Source of the DNA: a virus
IMG/VR virus record: IMGVR_UViG_2616645027_000001
Reading direction: 5' to 3' (one strand)
DNA length: 57,742 nucleotides
The position numbers were made by a program, and so were the translations under genes. The notes below the pieces were generated by a model. It worked only from the letters and a program-made list of their open reading frames with translations. It was not told the origin of the DNA and searched no databases. Below, one piece after another: positions 25,653-35,953 of this stretch (positions are counted from its first letter, which is position 1; every line of letters starts with the position of its first letter).

Positions 25653-27226
25653 TATCTTTCTTCCGCTATTACGTAATGAGTAGGAGCAACATCAAAATCG
25701 AACCGATTAGTCGCTGGATCAGTTTCTGTAATGCCTGCTAGATTTCTGTAATTTAATCGATCAGACGACACTTCTAATTTTCCTGCTGTGTACGGCTGGC
25801 TGGTGAAAAATGTTTTATTAACCCCATCCACATCGCCAATTAACTCTGTATATCCGTTTGATCCATCGCCAAAGCTCGCATCTTTAAATCCATTTGAAGA
25901 TGCTCCGACGTTTAAGTCTAAAGTCCCTGAGCCTGAGTTGTACGTAGGAGTAAGGTTTTGGTGAGAACCGCCCGTTATCATTGCTGCTAGCGTGTCTCTT
26001 AATTGCTGGCCCGATCCTATATCCTGAGTTACAAACGGCTCGTCTAAAACAAAACTCATAATCCTAATGGTTAACTGAACAGATGTGCTGCTTGAATTTG
26101 AGTTATATGCTACTGGAATACTCGCTTGACCTTTGATTAACGGTATCTCTAAAACAATAGAATACTTGTTAGGTGCGGACTCAATAGAGTGTTTTACCTC
26201 GTAAACAATATTGTTAAAGGAAATAAAATCAAAAACGCTATTCTCGTCATTTATGTCAAATGAAATCTCAACCAATGCTCTTATTGCATTTGCCCCAGTA
26301 GGAACGCCAACCAAAGAAAGAGCAGAAGAACCATCGCTTTGTACCGCAATCTGATTCGTGTTGAAAGCTTCTCTTTGAATGTTTTCTGTTGTAACACTGG
26401 GAATGTATATTCTATTTCTAATGAAAATATGATCTTCTCTGATCAAGAAAAATGCAGTGTTACCTTGCCCGCTTTGGTATCTACAATAAATAGACCCGTA
26501 TTTGAAAAAATGTGTAGCATTATTAGGATGAACAAGCGTGTCGCTCTGTGAAAGAAATCCAACTTTCAAAGACGAATCACTCATCTTATAGAAAATAATG
26601 TCGCACCATTCGTCTGATATTGCATTGCTAACCGGGACCACTTCATTTAAAAAGTTTGTCTGATCGATGCTGATGGAGACGTTAAACTCGCTTACTGAAT
26701 CTGCCGCTGGATCGATAGGCAGTAGCGTCAAAGAATCAAACGATATTTCTAGGTTTGTTGGGGTGCTCGCGACTATTTGCAGGTTAGATATTTTTGAAGA
26801 AAGAGTAGACTGATTTTGCAAATATCCACCGAGCGCAGTAACGTCATCATCAATAGCCGCTACCGCTGCCACGTCATCACCATCAATCTGGGCCGCAAGA
26901 TTAATATTGCTCTCATTGGCAACTGCGGCGTTTATATTGGCCTCATTGTCGTTAGCCTGAATTATCTCTGGTAGTGCTAGATGCACATCGTTTAGCTCGG
27001 GCAGATCATCGTGCAAGTCTTGAAGAACACCTATATTGTCTGTGACCGTCATTAACGGCGTCGTATCAAGTTGATTAAAATCGCTAATAGCTTGCAATAA
27101 GTCAGACAGCTCTACAGGCGTAACCACAGTCGGCAACGTTCCAGAATACGCCTTAACCGGGACGTAACCTTGAACAATAAGATACTGCTTAACCGTTGGC
27201 CCCTGAACCTCCGCTCTTGCTGTCAA
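25652..27226 (-). CDS. Tail fibre-like structural protein (524 aa from TTG; the frame is open up to 27469)
   Basis: Track ORF. An 81-codon upstream open extension and a coupled ATG at 27483 in another frame are described in the findings. Confidence 0.65.
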   Translation of the reverse strand: MTARAEVQGPTVKQYLIVQGYVPVKAYSGTLPTVVTPVELSDLLQAISDFNQLDTTPLMTVTDNIGVLQDLHDDLPELNDVHLALPEIIQANDNEANINAAVANESNINLAAQIDGDDVAAVAAIDDDVTALGGYLQNQSTLSSKISNLQIVASTPTNLEISFDSLTLLPIDPAADSVSEFNVSISIDQTNFLNEVVPVSNAISDEWCDIIFYKMSDSSLKVGFLSQSDTLVHPNNATHFFKYGSIYCRYQSGQGNTAFFLIREDHIFIRNRIYIPSVTTENIQREAFNTNQIAVQSDGSSALSLVGVPTGANAIRALVEISFDINDENSVFDFISFNNIVYEVKHSIESAPNKYSIVLEIPLIKGQASIPVAYNSNSSSTSVQLTIRIMSFVLDEPFVTQDIGSGQQLRDTLAAMITGGSHQNLTPTYNSGSGTLDLNVGASSNGFKDASFGDGSNGYTELIGDVDGVNKTFFTSQPYTAGKLEVSSDRLNYRNLAGITETDPATNRFDFDVAPTHYVIAEER

Positions 27227-27482
27227 AAAGACCTCTTTTAGCCCCGCAAGCGCCTCTGATCTGGCTTCGTCTATATCCCCTATATCTGGGTCTGGGTCAA
27301 CAATAAAATCAAACAGGGCTGTATCTGAATCGCGCCCCGCTCTAGCCTGTAAGCTTATGATTGTTCCGTTAGCCCTAAGATCATCAGCTATCCAATTTAA
27401 GGGCAGCTTAGTTACTGAGCCGTATGAGATAGTCCAATCTTTCGGCCACTCTAGAGGCTCGAACTTTGTTCAATAAAGCTCA

Positions 27483-28250
27483 TTATATTCTCGCATTTTT
27501 AGCAGTTGCCACTAGCGGAGCAATTGCAGTGTAGTTTCCGGGGCTGCGAACACTTCTGCGGCCGCTAATATATCCTAGTATTAAATCTTCTTGTCCGAGG
27601 TCGTTATATTCTATAAACAGGGTCAGTTTTCCTTCTGCGTTTCGTATAAACTTCATTGCTTCCTCGACATATTTGTTTTCAATATTGTTAATAGAGAATG
27701 TTTTTACCAGCCCCTGCGGAGTAGTTTGTGGGAAGGCGAGATTCTGTGTTCTTTGATATGTAACATTGTTTGAATAATCGTACCCCCTCCCCCAATCATA
27801 ACAATATCCTCCGAGGTCTTTCATATCCACCCCGCCAAGGAAGGGGGGCGTTAAAGAAATTTTACTAGAAGCAGCACCTTGATCCGGTACAGTAAGTTCT
27901 AGTATATAAATCTCATAACAAATACCTGTGGTTAACATACACAACAAATAGTCATCAACCTGCCGACTATTTGATATCTCTACCGCAGGGTTGGTACCGT
28001 TCTTCCCCTTCACAACTAAAGAACACCCGCTTATACTTAATCTCTCAAAATAAAGGCAGGCCAAGTGTTGTTTTTCAGGGTAAGTCGCTGTCCACGTGAA
28101 TAAGGTATCTGCGTTACTTGTCAGGCTAAGTGACAATTTATTAGCCGAGGACGCAAGTGTATTACTTGTATTCTCAAGTGCTTCTCCGGGTTCTTTAAAC
28201 TGTAGAACAGGGTTATGTTTTTCTAGTATCAGGTTGTAATTACCCGGCAT
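27483..28250 (-). CDS. Tail structural protein, 255 aa
   Basis: Track ORF within the tail module, overlapping its neighbours. Confidence 0.6.
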   Translation of the reverse strand: MPGNYNLILEKHNPVLQFKEPGEALENTSNTLASSANKLSLSLTSNADTLFTWTATYPEKQHLACLYFERLSISGCSLVVKGKNGTNPAVEISNSRQVDDYLLCMLTTGICYEIYILELTVPDQGAASSKISLTPPFLGGVDMKDLGGYCYDWGRGYDYSNNVTYQRTQNLAFPQTTPQGLVKTFSINNIENKYVEEAMKFIRNAEGKLTLFIEYNDLGQEDLILGYISGRRSVRSPGNYTAIAPLVATAKNARI

Positions 28251-30504
28251 ACCATACTCCTCTTACAAATTGTGTCTTGTTGCCTGTGTCTAACATTATA
28301 GACAGCGGTATAAACATCCCTGTAGAAAGCAAAGGGTCATCTATCTGAATGGCAGTATTCTGTCTTATACGACCTGCCTCATTCTTAAAATAAAATTCTG
28401 CTGGCAGCTTTTCTCGCATAGCTAAATCAAAGTTTCTATCTCTAACTGTGTCGGCTGACTCCGTAGATGTTAAGCAAGTATCTTGCTCCCCTTGGACAGC
28501 CCCGTTAGCACCAGAATTACCACCGTGATTTTCAACCAATGAGCGTTGATACTCGCTCTTAAGTTGATTGTTGCTTGATTGCGGAGTCCACACTCTGTCG
28601 TAATTAACGATCAATTCATCGTAGAAATCCAAGTCCACGCCAACCCGCAACGACCCCTCAATAACGCCATTCTCTTCGCTTACAGTGCGGACATATTGGT
28701 CGGTGAATGCGACTCTGGCTTCAACGATCAATTCAAAATTTTCTATATACCAAATAGCATCTATAGGTGACAGTAACGCATCTAATGCCTGTTTCAATGT
28801 AACCTGCTGATCGAAATAGTAAGCCGCGCTTAATTCGCCTATAGCGGGGTCTATGCTTCCTACTGTAAGGCCAGCAATTGAGCAAATTCGCTCTATCATT
28901 TGTCCTAGGTTCTCTGCTGTTCCATTAGCATTAAAGGCACTTACATCGCCAGTAATTGTGCCAAAATCACCTGATATTCTGACTAGGTTGAATATGCCAG
29001 TCGGAGTTGTAAACGGATCAACAAGCGCGGATATGATTGGCGGGTTCGCGTTCTGGTTATTCTCAAACTCAATCAGACTTGTAACTATGGGTATTTCTAC
29101 ACCATCGTTACGTACCACCTGTGGCTCTGTTCCACCAAAATCGAAATAGATTCCACCCATATCTAGCGGCGTCACATTATTTAATATTCCACCTAGAGCA
29201 ATTGGCGACAAAGCCACTTTATCAGGGTCACTCTCTGCACTCTTTCTAATACGATTGAATCTAACTGATATACCAGCCTGATCGGATTCGTAAGAGACTT
29301 GATTACCATCGACAGACATAATCAAAGGTTGAGCACCACTAACACCGCTCAGAGTTGCTGTTATATCCAGCGCACTCATGTCAACATTGCTCCATCGATA
29401 AACGTTGTTAGCCAACATCGTTGTAGGAGCCACACTAAAAGCCAAATTACTTAAAGGCGGTATATGCTCCTTTATTTCAATGGGCCATAGCTTTACTGAA
29501 ATAGTGCCGTTGAATATGTGCGGTCTTGTCTGTGGGTCTGCTGGCGGCACAAAAATAGGAGCCGAACCTGTGGGCGCTTGCATATCAAAAGTGATCTGAG
29601 TTGCACCATCTAAGTTATCCCAAACAACAGTCGAATTAACGTTATCACCAAAATCAGGACTAATGCTTTTAGGCTCTATAGACCAGTTAGAAATAGTCTC
29701 GATATCAATGTCGCGAAAAATCCATTTCATGCTATCGGCTGGATCGAAATCCAAAACGATTTGCATGGGATTACTTCCCAATACGCTAATGCTAACGTCA
29801 ATATCACCGCCCACGCTCATAACTTGGGCGGGATCGAAATCTTCAAACGTAAAGTTCGTATGAACCTGTCCTGATCGTGAGTCAGTAACAACTAATTCCA
29901 AATCAGTTACGCTAGGCGAAAACGTTGTAGAGAGGGTCTGATTATTGCTAGTTAAGCTATTGGTCTCTATCTGCGTCTGTATTGCTAGTGATGATGTTGC
30001 TCTAGTGGCGTTATCAGCAGTAAAGTCAATATCACCCGCCCTAAAGTCGTCATCCTCTTTTAATGTTTCAACAAGTAGATTCTTTTTTAAAATCTGATCA
30101 TCAGAGCCCATAGAAAAAAGAAACTGGTTTTTTGACCTAGGTGAACCGTTCATCAAGCCGGAAAAGAAGTCCACCTTGTTGTCAAAATCAATCACCTGCT
30201 CTGTAGAAAGACCTTTATTTATAATACCCCACACCTTAATGTCATAAGCTTTACCCTTTAACCGCCTGCTAAATTCACTTGTTAATGGCGCTAAGTTAGT
30301 ACTCACTGCGGGTATTGAAGCTAGTGTAGACTGCACTCCCTCTCCCCACATATCAGGTATGGCCTGTGTGTACACAAGGCCTCCCGTCAATCTTTCTTCA
30401 ACACCACTGCCCAACTGGCTATTATCGGTGTAGGGGGTTCCGTCTACTGTTAAAAGAATAGAGTATTCTGATTGGCAGTTATAGAGTATATCTTCTGCTA
30501 TCAT
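28240..30504 (-). CDS. Distal tail / baseplate-hub-like structural protein, 754 aa
   Basis: Lies immediately downstream of the tape measure gene with a 4-nt overlap. Confidence 0.65.
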   Translation of the reverse strand: MIAEDILYNCQSEYSILLTVDGTPYTDNSQLGSGVEERLTGGLVYTQAIPDMWGEGVQSTLASIPAVSTNLAPLTSEFSRRLKGKAYDIKVWGIINKGLSTEQVIDFDNKVDFFSGLMNGSPRSKNQFLFSMGSDDQILKKNLLVETLKEDDDFRAGDIDFTADNATRATSSLAIQTQIETNSLTSNNQTLSTTFSPSVTDLELVVTDSRSGQVHTNFTFEDFDPAQVMSVGGDIDVSISVLGSNPMQIVLDFDPADSMKWIFRDIDIETISNWSIEPKSISPDFGDNVNSTVVWDNLDGATQITFDMQAPTGSAPIFVPPADPQTRPHIFNGTISVKLWPIEIKEHIPPLSNLAFSVAPTTMLANNVYRWSNVDMSALDITATLSGVSGAQPLIMSVDGNQVSYESDQAGISVRFNRIRKSAESDPDKVALSPIALGGILNNVTPLDMGGIYFDFGGTEPQVVRNDGVEIPIVTSLIEFENNQNANPPIISALVDPFTTPTGIFNLVRISGDFGTITGDVSAFNANGTAENLGQMIERICSIAGLTVGSIDPAIGELSAAYYFDQQVTLKQALDALLSPIDAIWYIENFELIVEARVAFTDQYVRTVSEENGVIEGSLRVGVDLDFYDELIVNYDRVWTPQSSNNQLKSEYQRSLVENHGGNSGANGAVQGEQDTCLTSTESADTVRDRNFDLAMREKLPAEFYFKNEAGRIRQNTAIQIDDPLLSTGMFIPLSIMLDTGNKTQFVRGVWYAG

Positions 30505-33500
30505 ATCGCTATACTTGGGTTTGCCGCAACTTGCCTAATGAAAGGTGCTATGTTTTTAAGTTCTTTGTCTGATTCCCCTACCGCCACCACGAGTTCTTGC
30601 ACGGCTTGTGTGAGGTCTTGTCCGAAAGCAGATGGTTGATTAGAAGTATTATCGTTAGAAGCAGAGGATACCTGTTGACTGTTTCTTTGAATCACATCTA
30701 CTATTATAGGATCAGGGTTAATAAAGTTACCTAAATCTATTCCATTGAATAAGCCTGTATAACTATTCTGTATATTTAATGCCCCAGAGTTAGCCGCCTC
30801 TGAAAAGCTCGCTACTGCTTCCGCTCCTGTTGAAGTAAAATCTAAAACGGAAGACAAGGCTTCTCCGCTAGCGTTATCAAATATTTGCCCGTATCTTTCG
30901 GCCGATAATTCACTTGAAGCAACCCAGTCGTTGGCCGCTTCAATGGTAGTATCAAAGGCCATAGAGTAGGCTTGCGCTAGCTTTTCAGAGCTAGTTAAAG
31001 ACTTGTCCTCTATCGAATCAAAGGCTTCGTCGAAGGCTAAGAATGCTCTCTGACTACCCCCTTCAATGGAGTCAAATGTATTCCTAACCGAATCAATTAT
31101 AGTACGCTCTTCATCAGTTATGGTTAAAGAAACTTCTGCTACAGCGTCTTTAACTTTTTGTATTATCTCTTCACTGTTCTGAGTAAAGTCTAACCCGTCT
31201 TTCTCTAGACGTAATACATTATCCCCTATACCACGAGCATCATCTACCAAACCCTGCTCTTGTAGTATCCTACCCACAGCATCATTTTGGTCGTTAGACA
31301 AGGTGTTATTAAAAAATACTCCATCCTCGTTAAACCCACCAAGGAAAGTGTTTCCGTTTCCTACATCGACTGCTTCTGCCCTTCCTTCTTCTAAGGATTC
31401 TAGAACCGAAGTTAGTTGATCAAAACCCAGTTCATCGGTACTCCTACCACCAAATGTTTCTGCCAACGATATACCGATCCCTTCGGCAAGGGAAAAAACA
31501 GGGTCTGTAAAATCACCATTAAAAGCATTACCAACAAAATCTTTAGTGTGCTCTAACTCAGCAGCGAAACCTTTCTGTACACGGCTATCGTTTAAGTAAG
31601 TGTCTATCAACAACCCTACGCCGATACCTGCTGCTGTAGCGCCTAGACCTGCCGCTAATCCGCCCCCGCCTGCACCTCCGGTCGCCGTTGCCGCACCTCC
31701 TGTCTGCGCGGCAATACCCGCGCCCGAAGTAACCTGCGTACCGTAAATGGACGCTATGGCGTTTTGTGCTATCGATGTTCCCGGACCTGCTATAACACCT
31801 GTGCCGAAACCGCTAGCTATGCCTGCACCTGTGGCAGTTGTTGCGCCACCAAATAAACCTAATCCTTGAAGCCCTTGATAAGTTTGGTACGCCCCCAATA
31901 AACCTTCTAGCGCATCACCATTTTGGATACCATTATACAGTCCCAAAATACCACCAGCAAGTCCCAGTCCTCCAGTGACACTGCCACTAAGCGGCGTACC
32001 CCCTGTCAGACCTTGGAAAGAGTTAAACGCTCCTACGCCTCCATTAGCTAGGTTTAAAGCGCCCTCAACTTCATTACCATTCTTTATCTGGTTAAAGCCG
32101 TTGTACAAAGACACTACTGCTGCTGCGCCTTGTACGATGTCAGCGGTTTGAGCAGAGTCTAATCCCAGTGCGTTACCAACAGAATCAGCGAAACCCCCGG
32201 TGTTTACAGTACCGTCCGTACTGGTTCCCCCAGAAGACCCACCACCGAAAATAGAACCTAAAGCACCTCCTAATACTGACCCGCCCGAGCCTCCGGTCGT
32301 GAACCCGCTTAAATCAAAACCCTTACCGCTAACTAAAGAACCTATTAACCTAGTTATGCCGGAAGCAAGGAAGTCTTTAACCATCCGCTTCCAAAGGTTT
32401 TCGAAGAAGTCCCCTAAGTCTTCTCCTTCAACAATGGCGTTGGCTAGTCCTTCGCTAAAACTCTTTACAGCATCGTTTACCGCTTCTAGCTCATCAACTG
32501 TTTCGCCAAGCGCGAGATTCTCTTCGATAATCTTTCTTGTCTTTTCAGGGATATCATCGATATTAACATCTAGTTCTCTAGCTGCCTCCGCTAATGCTTT
32601 GTATAAGGCCGCTGCACGAGGACCTTGAGACAGAAGAATTCTTTGTTCGGTAACTTGATCTTTTAAGGCTTGGTTAGTATCACGTAGTTTTTCATTTAAG
32701 CGATCTAGGACGGTTATTGTTTCCCCGGTTATTCTATTTATCTGCTCTTGTGTTAGTCCTAACGCTTTAAGTTGTCTTTCAAATTCATCGACACCTATAA
32801 TACCGTCCTTATACTGCTTTGTAAGTTCCTTGACCCTAGTCTTTGTTTCGTCTACAACGCCATTATGCGCGTCTAATGCTTTCTTTGCTTTATCATAAGC
32901 AACACTGTACTGAGAAACTTCTTGTCCGGTTGCTTTGTGTGCAGCCCCTAATTGCACAAGTTCCTGTCTTAGCTCACGCTCTTTTTTCTCTAATTGTTCT
33001 GTAACGCTAAGATGCTCTCGGGTACTCTTTGTGGTACCATTAAGCTCGTCGCCAATTTTCTTTATTCTTTCAGCTACAAGTTTTCTAAGTTTTATGCTTC
33101 TTTCATCAGACCCTTCAATCTCACCCTGCGCCAGTAAAAGTTCTTCCAGCTCTGTTTCTAGGGCTTCAATAGAATCTATCTGTTTGTCGAAAGAGGCTAA
33201 TGTTTTATCGATCTGCTCCGCTCTATTACCAAAAACAGTATTACCTTGTGCTATAGCGGCTAGATATAGTTTCTCTTCCTCGGCAAGAAAAACATTAAGT
33301 TCTGCCTGTGCTTTAGCTTGTGCCTCAGTAGCGGCCGATAGTTCAGCTCTAGCAGCTGTCGCGCCCCCACCAACAAAAATATCGTCAGAAAGCTGTGCTT
33401 CTTTTAATGCTAAAAAAGCATTAGCTGCTCGAAGCGCCTCTTCTGCCTCTGAGCGCAACGCGACCTTTCCCTCATCAGTTAGATCAATTCGCTCCTTAAT

Positions 33501-35087
33501 CTTCTTATTAAGTTCTTCGGCTATCCCTATCTGCTGTTCTAGTGCATCGCTAGTAAAGCCTAGTTCTTTGCGCCACTGTATTTCCTGCTCAGTCTGTTGC
33601 TGCCTTACAACTAACTCATCAAAAGATAAACTGTTAAGCGAAGACAGTTCAGAGTTAAGCTGCTCCATCGACTCGGAAGTGAGATCAATGGCGTCACTAC
33701 CATCTCGAAAAGCTAAGAAGGTTGCCGCCGCAGAAGCAAGTAACAGGGCAAAGCCCGCAGGACCACCAAGGAATCCAACAGTTGTCCCAAGTACGCCTAG
33801 TTTCTTATTGCTAACATCTGCGGCACCTGCTAAAACCCTTTTTGACTGGGCTAGGGCTGTCTCCGCAACAACTAACTTACCGGAGGCTCTTACAGAAGCT
33901 TCTTTAATCGTAACGGCCTGTGCTTCAAGTGCGTTGACCCTGTTCTGAGCAACTGTCCTAGCACCTTGGGTCGCCGCCGAGCGAGAAAGCTGTGCCGCTT
34001 CAGCGATTTGAACCTTTATTAAATCACTCTTAACTTTTAAAGCGCGAACATCAGCATTGGCGGCACCTACTTTAGCTAGGTTGTTTCGTACAAGTGATTT
34101 ATTTTGATTTTCCAGCGCTAATGTTTCTGCACGAGCAGCATTAGCTGAGGCTACCGCTCCATCTACAAAAGAACCAAAAGATTGAGCAACCTTAAGTGCC
34201 ACCAATCCAGCTAATACGATACCTAGCTTGTCTGCGTTTTCAGTAAGTGTTTCTACTGTACCAACAAGTTTTCCTGTTAGGTCAAAACTGTTGTTTAGCT
34301 CGTTAACACCTTGCAACGCTATGTTGGTAACGCGCTGCATGGCGTCGCCAAACGTTACAGGTAACGAATCAAACTGGGCTCTAATTTGAGGAGCTGAGTT
34401 GTTAAGGGCGTCTAGTATAAACTCAGTAGTTAGCTGTCCAGCAATAGACAACTCTCGTAGACGTGCTTGTGTTACACCCGCACCGTCCGCGATGTTCTGC
34501 ATCAATCCAACGGCATTCTCGGACAACGATCTAAATTCATCACCACGAAGCAATCCACTCGAAAGGGCCTGACTTAACTGTAGTAAGGAAGAAGTTGTTT
34601 CTTTAGCGGTAGCACCACCAATCTTTAGCGACTTGGCAACAAGTTCTGTTACCTCCGTCAGCTTTAGGGTCTGTCCCGAGGTGTCCCCTAAGCGTTGTGC
34701 TAAGCGCACATAGAAAGAGGTTGTTCCCTCTAGGCTAGCCCTAGAGTCCTGAGATACGGCAAATAGTTCGGCCTGTTTGGACGTTAAGTCCTCAGTGCCG
34801 TTAGTTACCAGTTTTAAGCGACCCTCTAACAACGTCATGGAATCGGCAGCTTGTACAAATCCCCTTGCAACAAGGCCGATTGTTATACCACCAAATGCTC
34901 TCGCGAAAGCACTAGTTGCGCGAGTAGATACCTGAAGGGAAGAGTTATATTTATTGAGCGCAGCCTGACCACGACGAGAACTTTCGTCTAATCTTTTTAT
35001 GGCTCCAGAAGAACTGTCTGCTGCACGAACAAGACCGGAGCTATCTCCGGTCAGTCGTAACAGGTGCTCATATATAGTTCTAGCCAT
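30501..35087 (-). CDS. Tape measure protein, 1528 aa
   Basis: Position after the G/GT chaperones, long Ala/Leu/Glu-rich helical N-terminal two thirds, and a Gly-rich hydrophobic block. Confidence 0.9.
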   Translation of the reverse strand: MARTIYEHLLRLTGDSSGLVRAADSSSGAIKRLDESSRRGQAALNKYNSSLQVSTRATSAFARAFGGITIGLVARGFVQAADSMTLLEGRLKLVTNGTEDLTSKQAELFAVSQDSRASLEGTTSFYVRLAQRLGDTSGQTLKLTEVTELVAKSLKIGGATAKETTSSLLQLSQALSSGLLRGDEFRSLSENAVGLMQNIADGAGVTQARLRELSIAGQLTTEFILDALNNSAPQIRAQFDSLPVTFGDAMQRVTNIALQGVNELNNSFDLTGKLVGTVETLTENADKLGIVLAGLVALKVAQSFGSFVDGAVASANAARAETLALENQNKSLVRNNLAKVGAANADVRALKVKSDLIKVQIAEAAQLSRSAATQGARTVAQNRVNALEAQAVTIKEASVRASGKLVVAETALAQSKRVLAGAADVSNKKLGVLGTTVGFLGGPAGFALLLASAAATFLAFRDGSDAIDLTSESMEQLNSELSSLNSLSFDELVVRQQQTEQEIQWRKELGFTSDALEQQIGIAEELNKKIKERIDLTDEGKVALRSEAEEALRAANAFLALKEAQLSDDIFVGGGATAARAELSAATEAQAKAQAELNVFLAEEEKLYLAAIAQGNTVFGNRAEQIDKTLASFDKQIDSIEALETELEELLLAQGEIEGSDERSIKLRKLVAERIKKIGDELNGTTKSTREHLSVTEQLEKKERELRQELVQLGAAHKATGQEVSQYSVAYDKAKKALDAHNGVVDETKTRVKELTKQYKDGIIGVDEFERQLKALGLTQEQINRITGETITVLDRLNEKLRDTNQALKDQVTEQRILLSQGPRAAALYKALAEAARELDVNIDDIPEKTRKIIEENLALGETVDELEAVNDAVKSFSEGLANAIVEGEDLGDFFENLWKRMVKDFLASGITRLIGSLVSGKGFDLSGFTTGGSGGSVLGGALGSIFGGGSSGGTSTDGTVNTGGFADSVGNALGLDSAQTADIVQGAAAVVSLYNGFNQIKNGNEVEGALNLANGGVGAFNSFQGLTGGTPLSGSVTGGLGLAGGILGLYNGIQNGDALEGLLGAYQTYQGLQGLGLFGGATTATGAGIASGFGTGVIAGPGTSIAQNAIASIYGTQVTSGAGIAAQTGGAATATGGAGGGGLAAGLGATAAGIGVGLLIDTYLNDSRVQKGFAAELEHTKDFVGNAFNGDFTDPVFSLAEGIGISLAETFGGRSTDELGFDQLTSVLESLEEGRAEAVDVGNGNTFLGGFNEDGVFFNNTLSNDQNDAVGRILQEQGLVDDARGIGDNVLRLEKDGLDFTQNSEEIIQKVKDAVAEVSLTITDEERTIIDSVRNTFDSIEGGSQRAFLAFDEAFDSIEDKSLTSSEKLAQAYSMAFDTTIEAANDWVASSELSAERYGQIFDNASGEALSSVLDFTSTGAEAVASFSEAANSGALNIQNSYTGLFNGIDLGNFINPDPIIVDVIQRNSQQVSSASNDNTSNQPSAFGQDLTQAVQELVVAVGESDKELKNIAPFIRQVAANPSIAI

Positions 35088-35448
35088 GACGTGCCTTCAA
35101 AAAAGACCGTTCAATAACTTGTAAATCTTCCATTAACTCTGGTATCTCATCCTGTTTATAAAAACAATTTAAGTATGCTGTGACGCCCGCGTAGTCCAGT
35201 CCCGTAGGAAGCACCTTCTCCCCGACGACGTATCTGAACTGCGTTTGCACGGCTTGAAATAAATTAAATGCTGGTATGTTTTCTTGAAAGAGTTCATAGT
35301 CCTTTACGGTGGACCTTTCTATTTGCTGGGCTTTGTAGTGATCCCTGTTGGCCCCCATAAAGACAGCCTCTTCCAACTCAGCATCTAATTTTTGTTCTAG
35401 ATTTTTGTTTACAGCTGCGTCCCCTAGATAAAGACCAGCCTGTTCTAG
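35080..35448 (-). CDS. gpT-like extension, expressed as a roughly 263-aa G-T fusion by -1 frameshift
   Basis: The -1 frame is open from the slippery site through track ORF 35080..35376 with no stop. Confidence 0.7.
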   Translation of the reverse strand, partial: LEQAGLYLGDAAVNKNLEQKLDAELEEAVFMGANRDHYKAQQIERSTVKDYELFQENIPAFNLFQAVQTQFRYVVGEKVLPTGLDYAGVTAYLNCFYKQDEIPELMEDLQVIERSFLKARHG

Positions 35449-35870
35449 TTTTTTAGGCGTTCACCTGTTGACTTCCAGAAAGCCGTGTCTATTGCACGCG
35501 CGTAAGCGGGGTGGTCAAGCATGGCTTTCAGATAGGCTTTTGAAAAGGAAACTTCTTTGTCATCGATATCATATAACTCTGTCCAGTCTACAATCCTTGA
35601 TACTAAATGATCATTACTTTCAGCGTTAAGCTTATCGATCTGCTTTTCTAGTTTTTTCCGCTCTGCATCATCCTCTGCAACACCCTTCTTACTCTCTAAG
35701 TCCCGTGCTTGCAGTGCCCGTTCCTGAGCGTCTTTAACAACCTTCTCTAGTTGTTTACGATCCAAACGTTTGAATTTAACTACAAACTCAACTGTTTCAT
35801 CATCCAACAACTCAACTAATACTGGAATATTTACGTGCTCTTCAAAGCCAAGGATTTTTAATTTACTCAT
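35445..35870 (-). CDS. Tail assembly chaperone (gpG-like), 141 aa
   Basis: Position between the major tail and tape measure genes, acidic helical composition, and a slippery site at its 3' end. Confidence 0.75.
   Translation of the reverse strand: MSKLKILGFEEHVNIPVLVELLDDETVEFVVKFKRLDRKQLEKVVKDAQERALQARDLESKKGVAEDDAERKKLEKQIDKLNAESNDHLVSRIVDWTELYDIDDKEVSFSKAYLKAMLDHPAYARAIDTAFWKSTGERLKN
35448..35454 (-). promoter_or_regulatory. Slippery heptamer A-AAA-AAC for -1 programmed frameshifting
   Basis: The G gene ends CTA AAA AAC TAG. The heptamer is read directly. Confidence 0.7.
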
Positions 35871-35898
35871 AATTGTACCGTTTACCGTTAGTTGACCG

Positions 35899-35943
35899 TA
35901 AAAAAGTTGTGGAAGGGAGTCACGGTCAACAACCCCCTTCCAC
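35899..35943 (-). terminator. Intrinsic (probably leaky) terminator after the major tail gene
   Basis: Stem GTGGAAGGG / CCCTTCCAC (9 bp), followed on the minus strand by AACTTTTTT. Confidence 0.5.
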
Positions 35944-35953
35944 TTTACACTAC

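Noticed and set aside
32200-33948. Long plus-strand ORFs (142 and 337 aa) antisense to the tape measure gene
   Set aside because: They are low-complexity Ser/Ala/Leu-rich mirror frames of a biased helical gene, which is a typical antisense artefact.
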